Position numbers and translations under genes: made by a program
NCBI GenBank assembly: GCA_963764035.1
Contig: CAVXQV010000009.1
Location: forward strand, 177,939 to 241,938
Direction of reading: 5' to 3'
Length of the DNA: 64,000 bases
DNA from: an uncultured Verrucomicrobiae bacterium
GTDB taxonomy: Bacteria > Verrucomicrobiota > Verrucomicrobiia > Limisphaerales > UBA11358
Notes under the pieces: model-generated
What the model saw: the letters and a program-made list of their open reading frames with translations, nothing else
What the model was told of the DNA's origin: nothing
The model's database searches: none
Shown: positions 41,501-50,837 of the stretch, one piece after another
Numbering within the stretch: position 1 is the first letter of the stretch
How the letters are laid out: every line of letters starts with the position of its first letter

Positions 41501-42955
41501 ACCCAGCAACAGTGGGGTGGAACGACTGGCACCCCAATCTGGATCGGTGGTGATCCGGGCGGGCCGACCGTATTCCCCGGCAGCATCGCCAACGTGGCCA
41601 TGTTCAATTCGGCCCTCACGGACGACCAAATTTCGGCATTGTTCAGTGCCGGCTTCCAATCGGCGGGGTTTCCGTCGGGTTTCACCCAGCAGCCGCCCGC
41701 CGCCCAAACGAATTATACGGGTTACACGGCGCAGATCATTGCTCAAACTGGAGGCTCCTCGCCCATTACCAATCAGTGGATGTTCAACGGCATCAATTTG
41801 GCGGATGGCTGGATGAACGGGTCAATCATCACCGGTTCAAAGTCGAATGTTCTGACCATCCAGAATGTTTCGTCAAACTGGAATGGGGTATTTAATCTGG
41901 CCATCACGAATGCGATTAGCGGCACGGTCAGCAGCAACTCGACACTCACCATTGTGACCCCGGCGGCTCCGCCGGCCGGGAATCTCGTGGGCCGCTGGTT
42001 GGCGGGGGCGCAGAATCTCACCGATGTCTCGGGCTATTTGCCTGGCGTTCACGATGGAACGCAGGTAACTACAAACGGCGTAGCGAGAGGCACTTTGACG
42101 TGGAGCAGCGACCTGCCGCCAAATGCTCCGTCCGGTGGTTACTCGCTCCTGATGACTAACACCGGCGTCTTAGTTAACAACACGTCCACAAACGACGCAA
42201 ACTACGAGGCCACATTTGACACCGGGATCAGCAACACCTTGACCATTACCTTCTGGGCGAAGGGCTGGCCGGGAGCATGGAATCCGTTCGTGTGCAAGTT
42301 TGGTGAGACGACACCGACTCCAGCCGGAGGATGGCAGCTCCGCAACGACGGGGGCAACAACTTGAGTCCGTGCTGGACCATGCGCGGAAACCCGGGCACG
42401 GTCGCCTTGGGAACCGCCGTAGGGGGCAATGCGGAAGATATGGGCGCCACCAGCCTCACTTATGGCAACGATGGCCAGTGGCACTTCTATTGCGCCACTT
42501 ACGACGTGAACGTGGGCCAGCGTATGCTGTATGTGGATGGAAATCTGGTTGCTTACACGACTGGCCAGGGGCAATATTCCATGGCCCCGTCTGCACACTT
42601 GGGGATCGGCGCCAAAGATCAGCCGCCGGGGACGACCACTGTGTCGAACTACACCACCGGCTACTACACCGGCAAGATCTACGACGTGCGCATCTACAAC
42701 ACGGCAATCAGTGACGCCCAACAAGCCTCCCTGGCTGCGCCGCCGCCGCTGCCGCCGCTGAAAGTCAGTGCGAGTGTCACTCCGGCTTCCGGCGGCAATC
42801 CGGGTCAGATGGTGTTGTCGTGGCTCCCCGGCGGCTTGTTGCTGCAATCAACGAATGTGGCCGGCCCCTGGCAGACGAACCAGACGGCCACGCCGCCTTA
42901 CATAATTCTCACGACAAACATACCGGCTGGATTCTATAAAGTGCTGTTCCCGTAG
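38567..42955 (+). CDS. Large secreted Ig-like / double LamG-like protein with C-terminal module (paralog 2)
   Basis: Shares long blocks with paralog 1 (AEQILTNFP..KIAGA; YQVQLFAL; LRTVGW.PPPY; KFGETTPTPAGGWQLR). Confidence 0.87.
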   Translation: MNTSNPIVPDPTQSQPVQSRRPGFPCSLMRRWRVLLLSALVLRLVCGSASAQLVNVLDRTNGVFTPASNVGTITTFESGLDPNANVLVVGLYSDNSSTYTSVTFGGVAPSGFMNNSGNSRAAVAYWFNPSTAAGQDLVVNYISPNQGYYWAYQLSGVNTNVPVLQNAATTLFATTTSLTTTNYNTLIISFFSVNNAASPNTLNSLTPNPPLIQSGSTIGNASAGASMAAATNNIFLPGLQTISWNALNPPGTANAGLAALGFVAGQPGAPAVIASANPSGNASSLNFTVTATIYPGIGNVTNVSVDLTPIGGSAVNNLVQSSNPNVWTNSLTVPDGAPIGPTSLTVTATQDTAPLEGSGPLQFTVLAPTAPTIVQDTSPTNLFYMYAGQGVRFSAYFTGPGTVTNQWQFSPDGLTYTDIPGATNNTYTVPSAQMGDAGYYQLQASDSFGSTVSTYTYVTVDDASTALYIWSAPIPFAGLTAEQILTNFPAGDKIAGAMVAQNGGSPITVVLTNANNQPVVFAGAGNWASLSGGTLYSTGINTNKSGNSSFDSVLNRAYSGAAAAPNNFQTLALSGLLVGYQYQVQLFALNDQLPSPAYVDFADPLDPNQITSQTFGMADNAYLLGTFTATNTVMTIQMNIPSTVGNINSAVLRTVGWDPPPYFTLQPANTQGFLGTNVALSGSAAGDSTIANPAITYQWAAGPDGGTYTDLVEGNKYAGVTTATLTISNLVSTDGDMVYVLKAMDSGGTATSREATLLAQAPLVLPPANSFGGAVLALTTNRLVGFWQLNETNDPSTGLLVAIDASTNKHSGKYGNNAHNAFNGVLAPQPPLYAGFATNQGALQTAVGGTADANSIVNLPPLNATNGVNTTICMWINPSAVAPANAGLIYNRSSVDQCGIQFGGTTGGDSGQRNLTAFWANANGEATYNFNTGLFPANNTWNFIVLVVRTNAMTYYLDYVDANGVAHLQKSADTASRYTQQQWGGTTGTPIWIGGDPGGPTVFPGSIANVAMFNSALTDDQISALFSAGFQSAGFPSGFTQQPPAAQTNYTGYTAQIIAQTGGSSPITNQWMFNGINLADGWMNGSIITGSKSNVLTIQNVSSNWNGVFNLAITNAISGTVSSNSTLTIVTPAAPPAGNLVGRWLAGAQNLTDVSGYLPGVHDGTQVTTNGVARGTLTWSSDLPPNAPSGGYSLLMTNTGVLVNNTSTNDANYEATFDTGISNTLTITFWAKGWPGAWNPFVCKFGETTPTPAGGWQLRNDGGNNLSPCWTMRGNPGTVALGTAVGGNAEDMGATSLTYGNDGQWHFYCATYDVNVGQRMLYVDGNLVAYTTGQGQYSMAPSAHLGIGAKDQPPGTTTVSNYTTGYYTGKIYDVRIYNTAISDAQQASLAAPPPLPPLKVSASVTPASGGNPGQMVLSWLPGGLLLQSTNVAGPWQTNQTATPPYIILTTNIPAGFYKVLFP

Positions 42956-43020
42956 AACAGAAATCCATAAACATTTCCGGCTAAACCCGTGAGCGGGATT
43001 TGAACCGGGAGTCAAGAAAG

Positions 43021-43053
43021 AGAGGCAGAGGGTAACACCTCCGCCTCTTTTTT
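43021..43053 (+). terminator. Rho-independent terminator
   Basis: agaggcagagg-gtaaca-cctccgcctct followed by a T-tract; near copy of 38164. Confidence 0.8.
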
Positions 43054-43213
43054 ATCACCGTTGGATGGCAAACCAGGCGGATCACAATGCAGTTGTGATC
43101 GCAACCGCAAATTTGGAAACGTCCTGGTTCTCGGACTGGAAGAAACTGTGATGCGCCGCGACTAAAATTGGCGCTCGACTGAATTCCGCCCGGCCACTAG
43201 CCTGTCCGCACTC

Positions 43214-43363
43214 ATGTGGACCGTTTTTCGAGAGTTCTTGCGGTTCTGCGCGCGCGAAAAGAAATGGTGGCTGATCCCCCTGGTGGTTCTCCTGCTCGCA
43301 CTCGCCGTGCTCCTCATATTTGCGTCCAGTTCGGGCATCGTCTGGTCTCTTTATCCTTTCTAA
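43214..43363 (+). CDS. DUF5989/SxtK-like small membrane protein (49 aa; absent from the ORF track)
   Basis: Manual translation MWTVFREFLRFCAREKKWWLIPLVVLLLALAVLLIFASSSGIVWSLYPF*. KKWWL.P motif; 3 nt before the carbamoyltransferase. Confidence 0.8.
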   Translation: MWTVFREFLRFCAREKKWWLIPLVVLLLALAVLLIFASSSGIVWSLYPF

Positions 43364-43366
43364 GAA

Positions 43367-45181
43367 ATGCCGTCGTGGCGAAACATCCTGGGAATTTCGG
43401 CGTATTACCATGATGCGGCCGCGGCACTGGTCTGCGATGGGCGGATCGCCGCCGCCGCCCAGGAGGAGCGTTTTACGCGAAAGAAGAACGATCCGGATTT
43501 CCCGAGCCACGCCATTGACGCCTGCCTGCGCCAGGCGGGCCTCACCCGCCGGCAATTGGACGCGGTCGTGTTTTACGACAAGCCAATTCTGAAATTTGCC
43601 CGCGTGCTGGAAACCTACCTGGCCGTGGCGCCGGACGGCTGGCGGACTTTTCCCACCGTGCTGTCGAACTGGCTCGGCGAGCGGCTCGATCTGCGCGGCA
43701 CCCTGCGCAAGGAACTGCCGGACCTGCGCACGGATTGCCCCTTTCTGTTCACGGAACACCATCAGGCCCACGCCGCCAGCGCGTTTTATCCGTCGCCGTT
43801 CAGCGAGGCGGCCATCCTCACGGTGGATGGCGTCGGCGAATGGGCGACGACCACGATTGGTGTCGGCCGCGGCTCGGAAATCCGGTTGGTTGATGAGATG
43901 CGTTTTCCGCATTCCCTCGGGCTGCTCTATTCGGCCTTCACGGATTATTGCGGATTCCGCATCAATTCCGGCGAATACAAATTGATGGGCCTCGCCCCCT
44001 ACGGCGAACCAAAATATGCCGACGTCGTTCGCGAAAATCTGGTGGACCAGCATCCGGACGGCTCGTTCCGGTTGAACCTGGATTATTTCAATTTTCTCGG
44101 CGGCACGACCATGACCAACGGCCGCTTTCACCGCTTGTTTGGCGGCCCGCCGCGCGGCCGGGAAGAGCCAATTGAACAACGGCACATGGATGTTGCCCGC
44201 TCCATTCAATTGGTCTGCGAGGAAATGATGCTGCGGCTGGCCCGCCGCGCGCGCGAACTCACCGGATGCGACGATCTTTGCCTGGCCGGCGGCGTCGCGC
44301 TCAATTGTGTGGCCAACGGGCGCATCCTGCGCGAAAAGATCTTCCGGCGACTTTGGATTCAGCCTGCTGCGGGTGATGCCGGCGGCGCGCTCGGAGCGGC
44401 CCTGGCGGCGTGGCACAGCAAGGAACCACGAACCCCGGACGGCCATGACTCCATGCGCGGCGCGCTGTTGGGACCGGAATATTCCGGGAACGAAATCGAA
44501 ACCGTGCTGAAAGGACACGACGCGGTTTACCGCCGCTGTTCCGACGACGAATTGCTCGAATCAACCGCCAAGCTGCTGGCGGATGAAAAAGTCGTCGGCT
44601 GGTTTCAGGGACGGATGGAATTTGGCCCGCGCGCGCTGGGGAACCGGTCCATTCTCGGCGACGCCCGCTCGCCGCGCATGCAATCGGTGATGAATCTCAA
44701 GGTGAAATTCCGCGAATCCTTTCGTCCGTTCGCGCCGATTGTTCGACGGGAACGGTTGGCGGATTATTTCGAACTGGATGAGGACTCGCCCTACATGTTG
44801 GTGACCGCGCCCATCCAGGCCGGCCTGCGCCAGCCATTGCCGGCGGGAAAGAGCGGCTTTGACCTGCTCCAAGCCGGGCGCTCCGCCATCCCGGCCGTCA
44901 CGCACGTGGATTATTCCGCCCGGGTGCAAACCGTCACGCGCGAAGTCAATCTGCGCCTTTACGATTTGCTCCTGCGCTTTGAACAAACCACCGGCTGTGG
45001 CGTGCTGGTCAACACTTCGTTCAACGTGCGCGGGGAGCCGATGGTCTGCACGCCGGACGACGCCTACCGCTGTTTTATGAACACCGAGATGGATTATCTG
45101 GTCATCGGCAATTTTGTCATCGAACGCCTCGCCCAACCCCGCGCCTTGGTTGAAAGGCGCATCGCACCGCAAGCAGATTAA
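43367..45181 (+). CDS. Carbamoyltransferase (NodU/CmcH/SxtI family)
   Basis: ILGISAYYHDAAAAL...AAQEERFTRKK; EHHQAHAASAF; GEYKLMGLAPYG; AGGVALNC; EFGPRALGNRS; VNTSFNVRGEP. Confidence 0.95.
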   Translation: MPSWRNILGISAYYHDAAAALVCDGRIAAAAQEERFTRKKNDPDFPSHAIDACLRQAGLTRRQLDAVVFYDKPILKFARVLETYLAVAPDGWRTFPTVLSNWLGERLDLRGTLRKELPDLRTDCPFLFTEHHQAHAASAFYPSPFSEAAILTVDGVGEWATTTIGVGRGSEIRLVDEMRFPHSLGLLYSAFTDYCGFRINSGEYKLMGLAPYGEPKYADVVRENLVDQHPDGSFRLNLDYFNFLGGTTMTNGRFHRLFGGPPRGREEPIEQRHMDVARSIQLVCEEMMLRLARRARELTGCDDLCLAGGVALNCVANGRILREKIFRRLWIQPAAGDAGGALGAALAAWHSKEPRTPDGHDSMRGALLGPEYSGNEIETVLKGHDAVYRRCSDDELLESTAKLLADEKVVGWFQGRMEFGPRALGNRSILGDARSPRMQSVMNLKVKFRESFRPFAPIVRRERLADYFELDEDSPYMLVTAPIQAGLRQPLPAGKSGFDLLQAGRSAIPAVTHVDYSARVQTVTREVNLRLYDLLLRFEQTTGCGVLVNTSFNVRGEPMVCTPDDAYRCFMNTEMDYLVIGNFVIERLAQPRALVERRIAPQAD

Positions 45182-45583
45182 ATGAGACTGCGCTTCAAAG
45201 AAGATCCCAAGGAATGGCGCAAGGCCACGCTGCTCGGCCTGATCGGCCCGGCCGTGATCATCGGCATCTTGCGCTGGCGCGGCGTGGTTTCCGGCGCGGT
45301 TCTGGTTGCGGTGCTGGCCGTGATCGCGCTGGCGGCGCTGGGCGTTTGCGTGCGGCCCCGTTGGTTCCGGGGTTATTATCGGTTCACGACCCGGCTGGGG
45401 TTTTACACGGCAAACGTTTTCGGCAAAATTGTTCTGGCGGCGCTCTTTTTCTTAATCCTGACTCCGTTCGGATGGATCCTGCGCCTGTTCGGGAAGGATT
45501 TTCTCCAGCTTAAATCGCCGCGAAACAAGCAAACATTCTGGCACCCGGCCCGAAAGGATGGTTCACTAGACCGCATGTTCTAG
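45182..45583 (+). CDS. SxtJ-family membrane protein
   Basis: TM helices; FFLILTPFGWILRLFGKDFLQLK...W...RMF motif; abuts the carbamoyltransferase. Confidence 0.8.
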   Translation: MRLRFKEDPKEWRKATLLGLIGPAVIIGILRWRGVVSGAVLVAVLAVIALAALGVCVRPRWFRGYYRFTTRLGFYTANVFGKIVLAALFFLILTPFGWILRLFGKDFLQLKSPRNKQTFWHPARKDGSLDRMF

Positions 45584-45588
45584 ACGTT

Positions 45589-48045
45589 ATGAGCCGGCGA
45601 AGACCAAAGCGACACCCCACGAGGAATCCGGTCCCGCCAGTGTCCCGGCGGAAATTGTGGCATTTCCGGCTGATGGCCTTGGCGGGTGTGCCGCTGCTTT
45701 TCCTCGCCCTGCTTGAATTGGGCCTCCGGCTGGCCGGCTTTGGATACCCAACCGCGTTCCTGCTGAAATCATCCAATCACGGTGAAAAAACCTTCGTGCA
45801 AAACAACCAGTTTGGCTGGCGATTTTTTGGTCCGCGCGCGGCCCGGCTGCCGGACGCGACTTCCATCCCGCGCGCAAAGCCGCCTGACACGATTCGGATT
45901 TTTGTCTTTGGCGAGTCCGCTGCTTATGGCGATCCGCAGCCCCGTTTCGGGCTGCCGCGCATGTTGGAGGCCATGCTTGAATTGCGTCATCCGGACAAGA
46001 AATTCGAAGTGGTCAACGCCGCCATGACCGGCATCAATTCGCACGTCATCCTGCCTCTGGCCCGCGACTGCGCGGAGGCCGGCGGGGACGTTTGGGTGAT
46101 TTACATGGGGAACAATGAAGTCGTCGGGCCGTTCGGTGCCGGGACGGTCTTCGGCAATCAAACGACGCCGCTGCCGTTGATCCGCGCCGGACTCGCGCTC
46201 AAGGCGACGCGGACTCGGCGAATTGTTCGACGTCGTTGCGGGGCGCGGCGCAGAAAACCGCCGGCGGCAGCGGTGAATGGGAGGGCATGAGGGCGTTCGT
46301 CAAATATAAACTGGCCGGTTCCGACCCGCGCCTCGGTGCGGTCTATGATAATTTCGAGCAAAATCTGAAAGACATCATCGCCGCGGGCCGAAACAGCGGC
46401 GCGAAAATCGTGTTGAGCACGGTGGCGGTGAACTTGAAGGATTGCGCGCCGTTCGCGTCGCTGCACCGTGCTGATCTTTCGGAATCCCGCCTGAATGAGT
46501 GGCAACGCCTCTTCGACGCCGGTGCCAAAGCCCAGACGGGCGGCGACTTCCGGCAGGCGGCGGCCGACTTCGACCAGGCGGAACAAATTGACGACAGCTT
46601 TGCGGAGTTGCGTTTCCGCCGCGGCCAATGCGCGCTGGCGCTGAAGGATGCCGGGGTGGCCCAGAAAAAATTCGACGCGGCGCGCGATCTCGATGCGTTG
46701 CGCTTCCGCTGTGACAGCCGGCTCAACGACATCATCCGCCAGCAGGGGGCGGGCGATGTGACGCTGGCCGACGGTGAACGGGCACTGGCGGAGGCGAGTC
46801 CGGACGGCATTCCCGGCGGCGAGTTTTTTTATGAGCATGTCCATCTCACGTTCCCCGGCAATTATGTCCTGGCCCGCGCCATCGCGGAAAAAGTGGAAAA
46901 GACATTGATGCTTCCCGAAGGCGCCGCTTGGCCGGATCCGGCTGAATGCGCGCAACGCCTCGGCTACACGCCGCGCGACACGCAACTGGCCCTGTCAGAC
47001 ATGCTCGGGCGGCTGGCGGATGTTCCATTCACTTTTCAGGCCAATCACGATGACCAGATGCGCCGGCTGACCGAAGCCGCGCGCCAATTGCCGCCGGCCG
47101 ATTCGGCCGCGTCGCTGCACGGGGCGCAATCCGCCGCCGAGGCCGCGCTCACGCGGTGGCCCGATGACGCCGGGCTGTGGGAACAATTGGGCGAAATCAA
47201 ACAGTCGGAGGGTGATTTTGCCGGCGGCGGCGGCCGCGGCTCAACGTTCGCTGGACGAGGTGCCCAGCAGCGCCGGGTGCTGGCAGCTTTACGGCATTCT
47301 GCTGGCGCAGGAAGGGAAATACGAGGATGCGGTCGCGGCCTTCAAGCAGGTCTTCGCGCTGGATCCGCAAGCCGTGTGGGCCAGGCACAACCTCGCTTTG
47401 TGCCTGGAAAAACTCGGCCGCCGCGACGAGGCGATGGCCGAATTCAAGCGCGCCCTGGCCTTGAAACCAGATTATGGCACGGGCTGGCTGGCGCTGGGCC
47501 AACTCTATGAAGAAATGGGGCGCACCAACGACGCGGAACATTGCTACACCACAGCGTTGACCAATCGCGTCAACCAAGCGGACGATCTGGCCACGCTGGC
47601 GCGCTTTTGCTTCAGCCGCCGCTGGTTTGGGCCGGCCGTCACCAATTTTGCCGCCGCCATCGAGCTTAGCCCGTCGGATCCCGGCTTGCGCATGGAATCC
47701 GGCCGGGCGCTGGCGGCGTTCGGCCGGCATGACGAAGCGGCGCAACAATATCTGGCGGCGGTTCAACTGGCTCCCGACCAGGCCCAACCCCACATGCAAC
47801 TGGCGGTTGAACTGGGCCGGCTGGGCCAGCCCGCCCTGGCCGAGCAGGAGTTTCGGCAAACTTTGCGACTGGCCCCCGATTCAACCGAGGCGCGTGTGGA
47901 CTTGGGCATCGCCTTATACGAACAGAAGAAACTTGATGATGCCCTCAAACAATTTGAGGACGTTCTTCAGCACAACCCCCAAGAGGCAACCGCCCAACGT
48001 TATGTCGGCCTGTTGCGGAACCGGACGCCGCCGCAATCACGATAG
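45589..48045 (+). CDS. Membrane-anchored SGNH/GDSL-like plus TPR protein (frameshifts near 46230 and 47220)
   Basis: IRIFVFGESAAYG, VVNAAMTGINSH, IYMGNNE, FYEHVHL, followed by TPR repeats across three ORFs. Confidence 0.78.
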
Positions 48046-48066
48046 GCGGCTAAACAAACAATTTCT

Positions 48067-49623
48067 TCACGGTGTCTTGAAGTTCCAGCGCGCCTTGTCA
48101 CTCTTGGGATCGAACTTGGCCAGCGTCGGCGTGCTGTAGCCAACCGCAGTCAGGACCAACGGTTCCGTGGAGTTGGTCACTGCCTTGGGCATGATGCGAT
48201 AGGTGCCATCAGTCGAACTGGTCAATGCGCCAGAGCTGTTCGGGCGCGCCGGTAAAGGCGGGAACGGCCACCACCTCGGCGTCGGCGGTGGCAGCCAGCG
48301 CGCGGTCGGTGCCGGCGATGGTGATTTTGAAGCAGGGCGAGCCGGGAAAGCCGCTGGAGTTGGTGGCGGCAGTAATCGCCCACTCTTGATGGGGCCGCAT
48401 CATGTAGTCGCCAAGGCGAATGTCAACATCGCCAGCCGGCCAGTTGCTTGAAACTTCAGCAAGTGTCTGGGCCGGGACTGGGGTCACGGGTCCACCGCCG
48501 CCGCGGCCACCGAAGCCGCCGCCCAAGCCGCGACCGCCCGGCGCATTGGTGCCGCCCGGCGCGCCGCCGCCGCCACCAAATCCGCCACGGCCGCCACGGC
48601 CGCCAAATCCGCCGAAGCCTCCCCGACCACCAGCCATCCGCGTGAAATCCACAGCCAGCTCCAACGCGTAGCCGCTGCTTTCGGACTGGATTTGATAGGT
48701 GCCTTCCTTGAAGTTGTCGCCGCCGACAGGCCAGCCGTCTTTCCAGAGCAGCGGGCGGATGTCCAGCACACTGCGACCGCCGCGGTCCAGGTCGGCCTCG
48801 TAATGGCAGGAGAATTTCTGCACGCCGTCGCCGAGGTCCATCAGGCCGAAATGGCCCAGCCCGACAAAGCGACCGCTGGCGGCCGCGACCAGCTTGCCGC
48901 CGCCTTTGATCATGTCGTTGCCCACGGTTGTCCAAGTAGGGGCCCGTGGGCAACTTTGAGCGGCCCACCCGAAGGTTGTAGGTGGAGTTGGCGCCGTCAC
49001 AGCAGGTGCCGTGAGTGCCAAAGAGATAATACCAGCCGTCATGATAAATCGGGTCCGTGGCTTCGCAGTCAATGGCGATATTCACGGGCAGGTTGCCGTC
49101 AAGATGATGGCCTGTCTTGGGATCCAATTCGACAATCCGGATGAACCCGAAGTAGGTTCCGTAGGTGACCCACAGCCGGCCACTGGTTGGATCCAGCAGG
49201 AATCCGGGATCAATGGCGTCGCAGTCCTCGATGCCGTCGGACGAAGCGACGATATGGTCGTCATTCCAGGCGTAGTCGGGGGAATTCGGGTCGAGCGTCT
49301 TGCTCCACTTCACACGAATGGTGCTGGCGTGGCCTCCCCCCAGACCGCCGCCGGACGAGGCGTAGGCCATATAGTAACGATCGCCAATGTGGATCAGGTC
49401 GGGGGCCGCCCCGGCCTGAACCCGGGCTCCGCTGTGCCACGTCCAGCCGTCGTCGGAAACCAAGCCGCTGCCGCCGGTGCCCCAACGAGTAATATTTGCC
49501 ATCGCACTCCAAAACGGTCGAAGGATCGTGGATGTAGGGTTCGCCGTCCAAAGCCAATGCCGGACCAGCCGACGCGAGGAAAAGCAGGGCGGGAACGGTT
49601 GCTGCCAGAATATGCGATTTCAT
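48067..49623 (-). CDS. GH43 (arabinanase-like) glycoside hydrolase with C-terminal ricin-like region, frameshifted
   Basis: IHDPST, AAPD, DAIDP, YGTYFG, CEAT, GTCCDG, VGRS...GPY, GLGHF, HYEAD, IRPLLWKDGWP. Pieces lie in ORFs 49261, 48456 and 48209. Confidence 0.8.
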
Positions 49624-49668
49624 AGAAACTTCAGGAAAAGATGTTTGGGATTTCATTGGTCAGCGGGT

Positions 49669-50433
49669 TCATGGCTCCAAGGTGATGCCCTTGACCGGAT
49701 GGCCGTTTTCATCAATGAAGCGCACGCAGAAATCGCTCAAGCCGGGGCCGTTGATGACGGCGCCGCGAATGACGTTCCGGCCCTGGCGGAGCGTGAGGCG
49801 TTTGGAAACACAGTCATCCATCACCATGCGCCGGTCGCCGGAGAGGATGACGGCTTCCTGGCCGTTGAGCCACCATTGGGACGCCGAATTGGAGCCGACG
49901 GCCAGGCGGACATTTTTCATTTCCTGCGAACAGTTGACAACGGTCACGGCCCAGAAGATGACGCCGTAGGTCTGCTTGTTCACGCCATCGGCGAAACGAA
50001 AGAGTTTGACGTTGAAATTCGTGGTGTCCAAGGCGTGCCAGGCGAGTTCCTCGCCGGCGACCGTCACCTTGTCGCCATCATGCGGGACCACCGTGAACTG
50101 GTTTGGAAAATAATCGGTGTTGAAAGCATTCCGGATGTAGCTGTCGGTGAACACCGTGTTGCTGCGGTTCGGTTTGTTAATCGGCTCGAGCAGCAGCCAG
50201 CGTTGGAGGAAGCCGTCCTGGTCCGGCGCCTTGGGGGACGCGGTGGCCGGCGTGAAATAAGGGGCAAGGCTGCGGGGATGATCGGGCGTGGAGCTGCGCC
50301 CTGCGCGTCCGGGCGCGGCGGCGCCGGCACGGCCACCGGGCGCGGGGCCGTCTTGTGCGTCGGAAGTGGTTTGAAACGTCAATACAGCCAGGACGCCGAG
50401 GACCAGCATGACGTTTTTGTGGGGCGTATTCAT
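49669..50433 (-). CDS. Secreted hypothetical protein co-transcribed with the GH43 gene
   Basis: Signal peptide from MNTPHK; GFLQRWLLLEP...VGSNSASQWWLNG...L.QGRNVI beta-rich domain. Confidence 0.7.
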   Translation of the reverse strand: MNTPHKNVMLVLGVLAVLTFQTTSDAQDGPAPGGRAGAAAPGRAGRSSTPDHPRSLAPYFTPATASPKAPDQDGFLQRWLLLEPINKPNRSNTVFTDSYIRNAFNTDYFPNQFTVVPHDGDKVTVAGEELAWHALDTTNFNVKLFRFADGVNKQTYGVIFWAVTVVNCSQEMKNVRLAVGSNSASQWWLNGQEAVILSGDRRMVMDDCVSKRLTLRQGRNVIRGAVINGPGLSDFCVRFIDENGHPVKGITLEP

Positions 50434-50837
50434 AACAATCTCATCGCGGGATTTCCGATTTTGTATGCGAAACGAGAGCGCATTTTTATTTGTGGAAACC
50501 CATGTTCGCGATTCGTGCCGCAAAGTCAAGCGCCCAGATGGAATTTTATGCGTTCCCCGCCGGCCAGCGCTGGTTTTGCAGTCCAAGTGCAGCGGCCATC
50601 CACGGTCCAGTCAAAAGGTAAAACTGTTCATGGTTCAGCAGGGCTGGTTCTGGACGAAACAGCCGAGGCGATTTCGCCCTTGGGAGGTCTGCCGGGCCGC
50701 CGCTGCGGTGGTTGGGCGGCGGAAAGGAACCTGGAGAAATCCGCCGGCTTGGACAACGGGCAGGTTCGAGCCTTCTTCTTGCATGACCGGTTTCCCGATG
50801 GTTCGCGTCCGCGCACATTTCTTGATTTGAAGCGCTT

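Noticed and set aside
43214..45583. Saxitoxin biosynthesis cluster
   Set aside because: Only the widespread sxtI/J/K-like triad is present; no sxtA-like PKS, amidinotransferase or other core genes.
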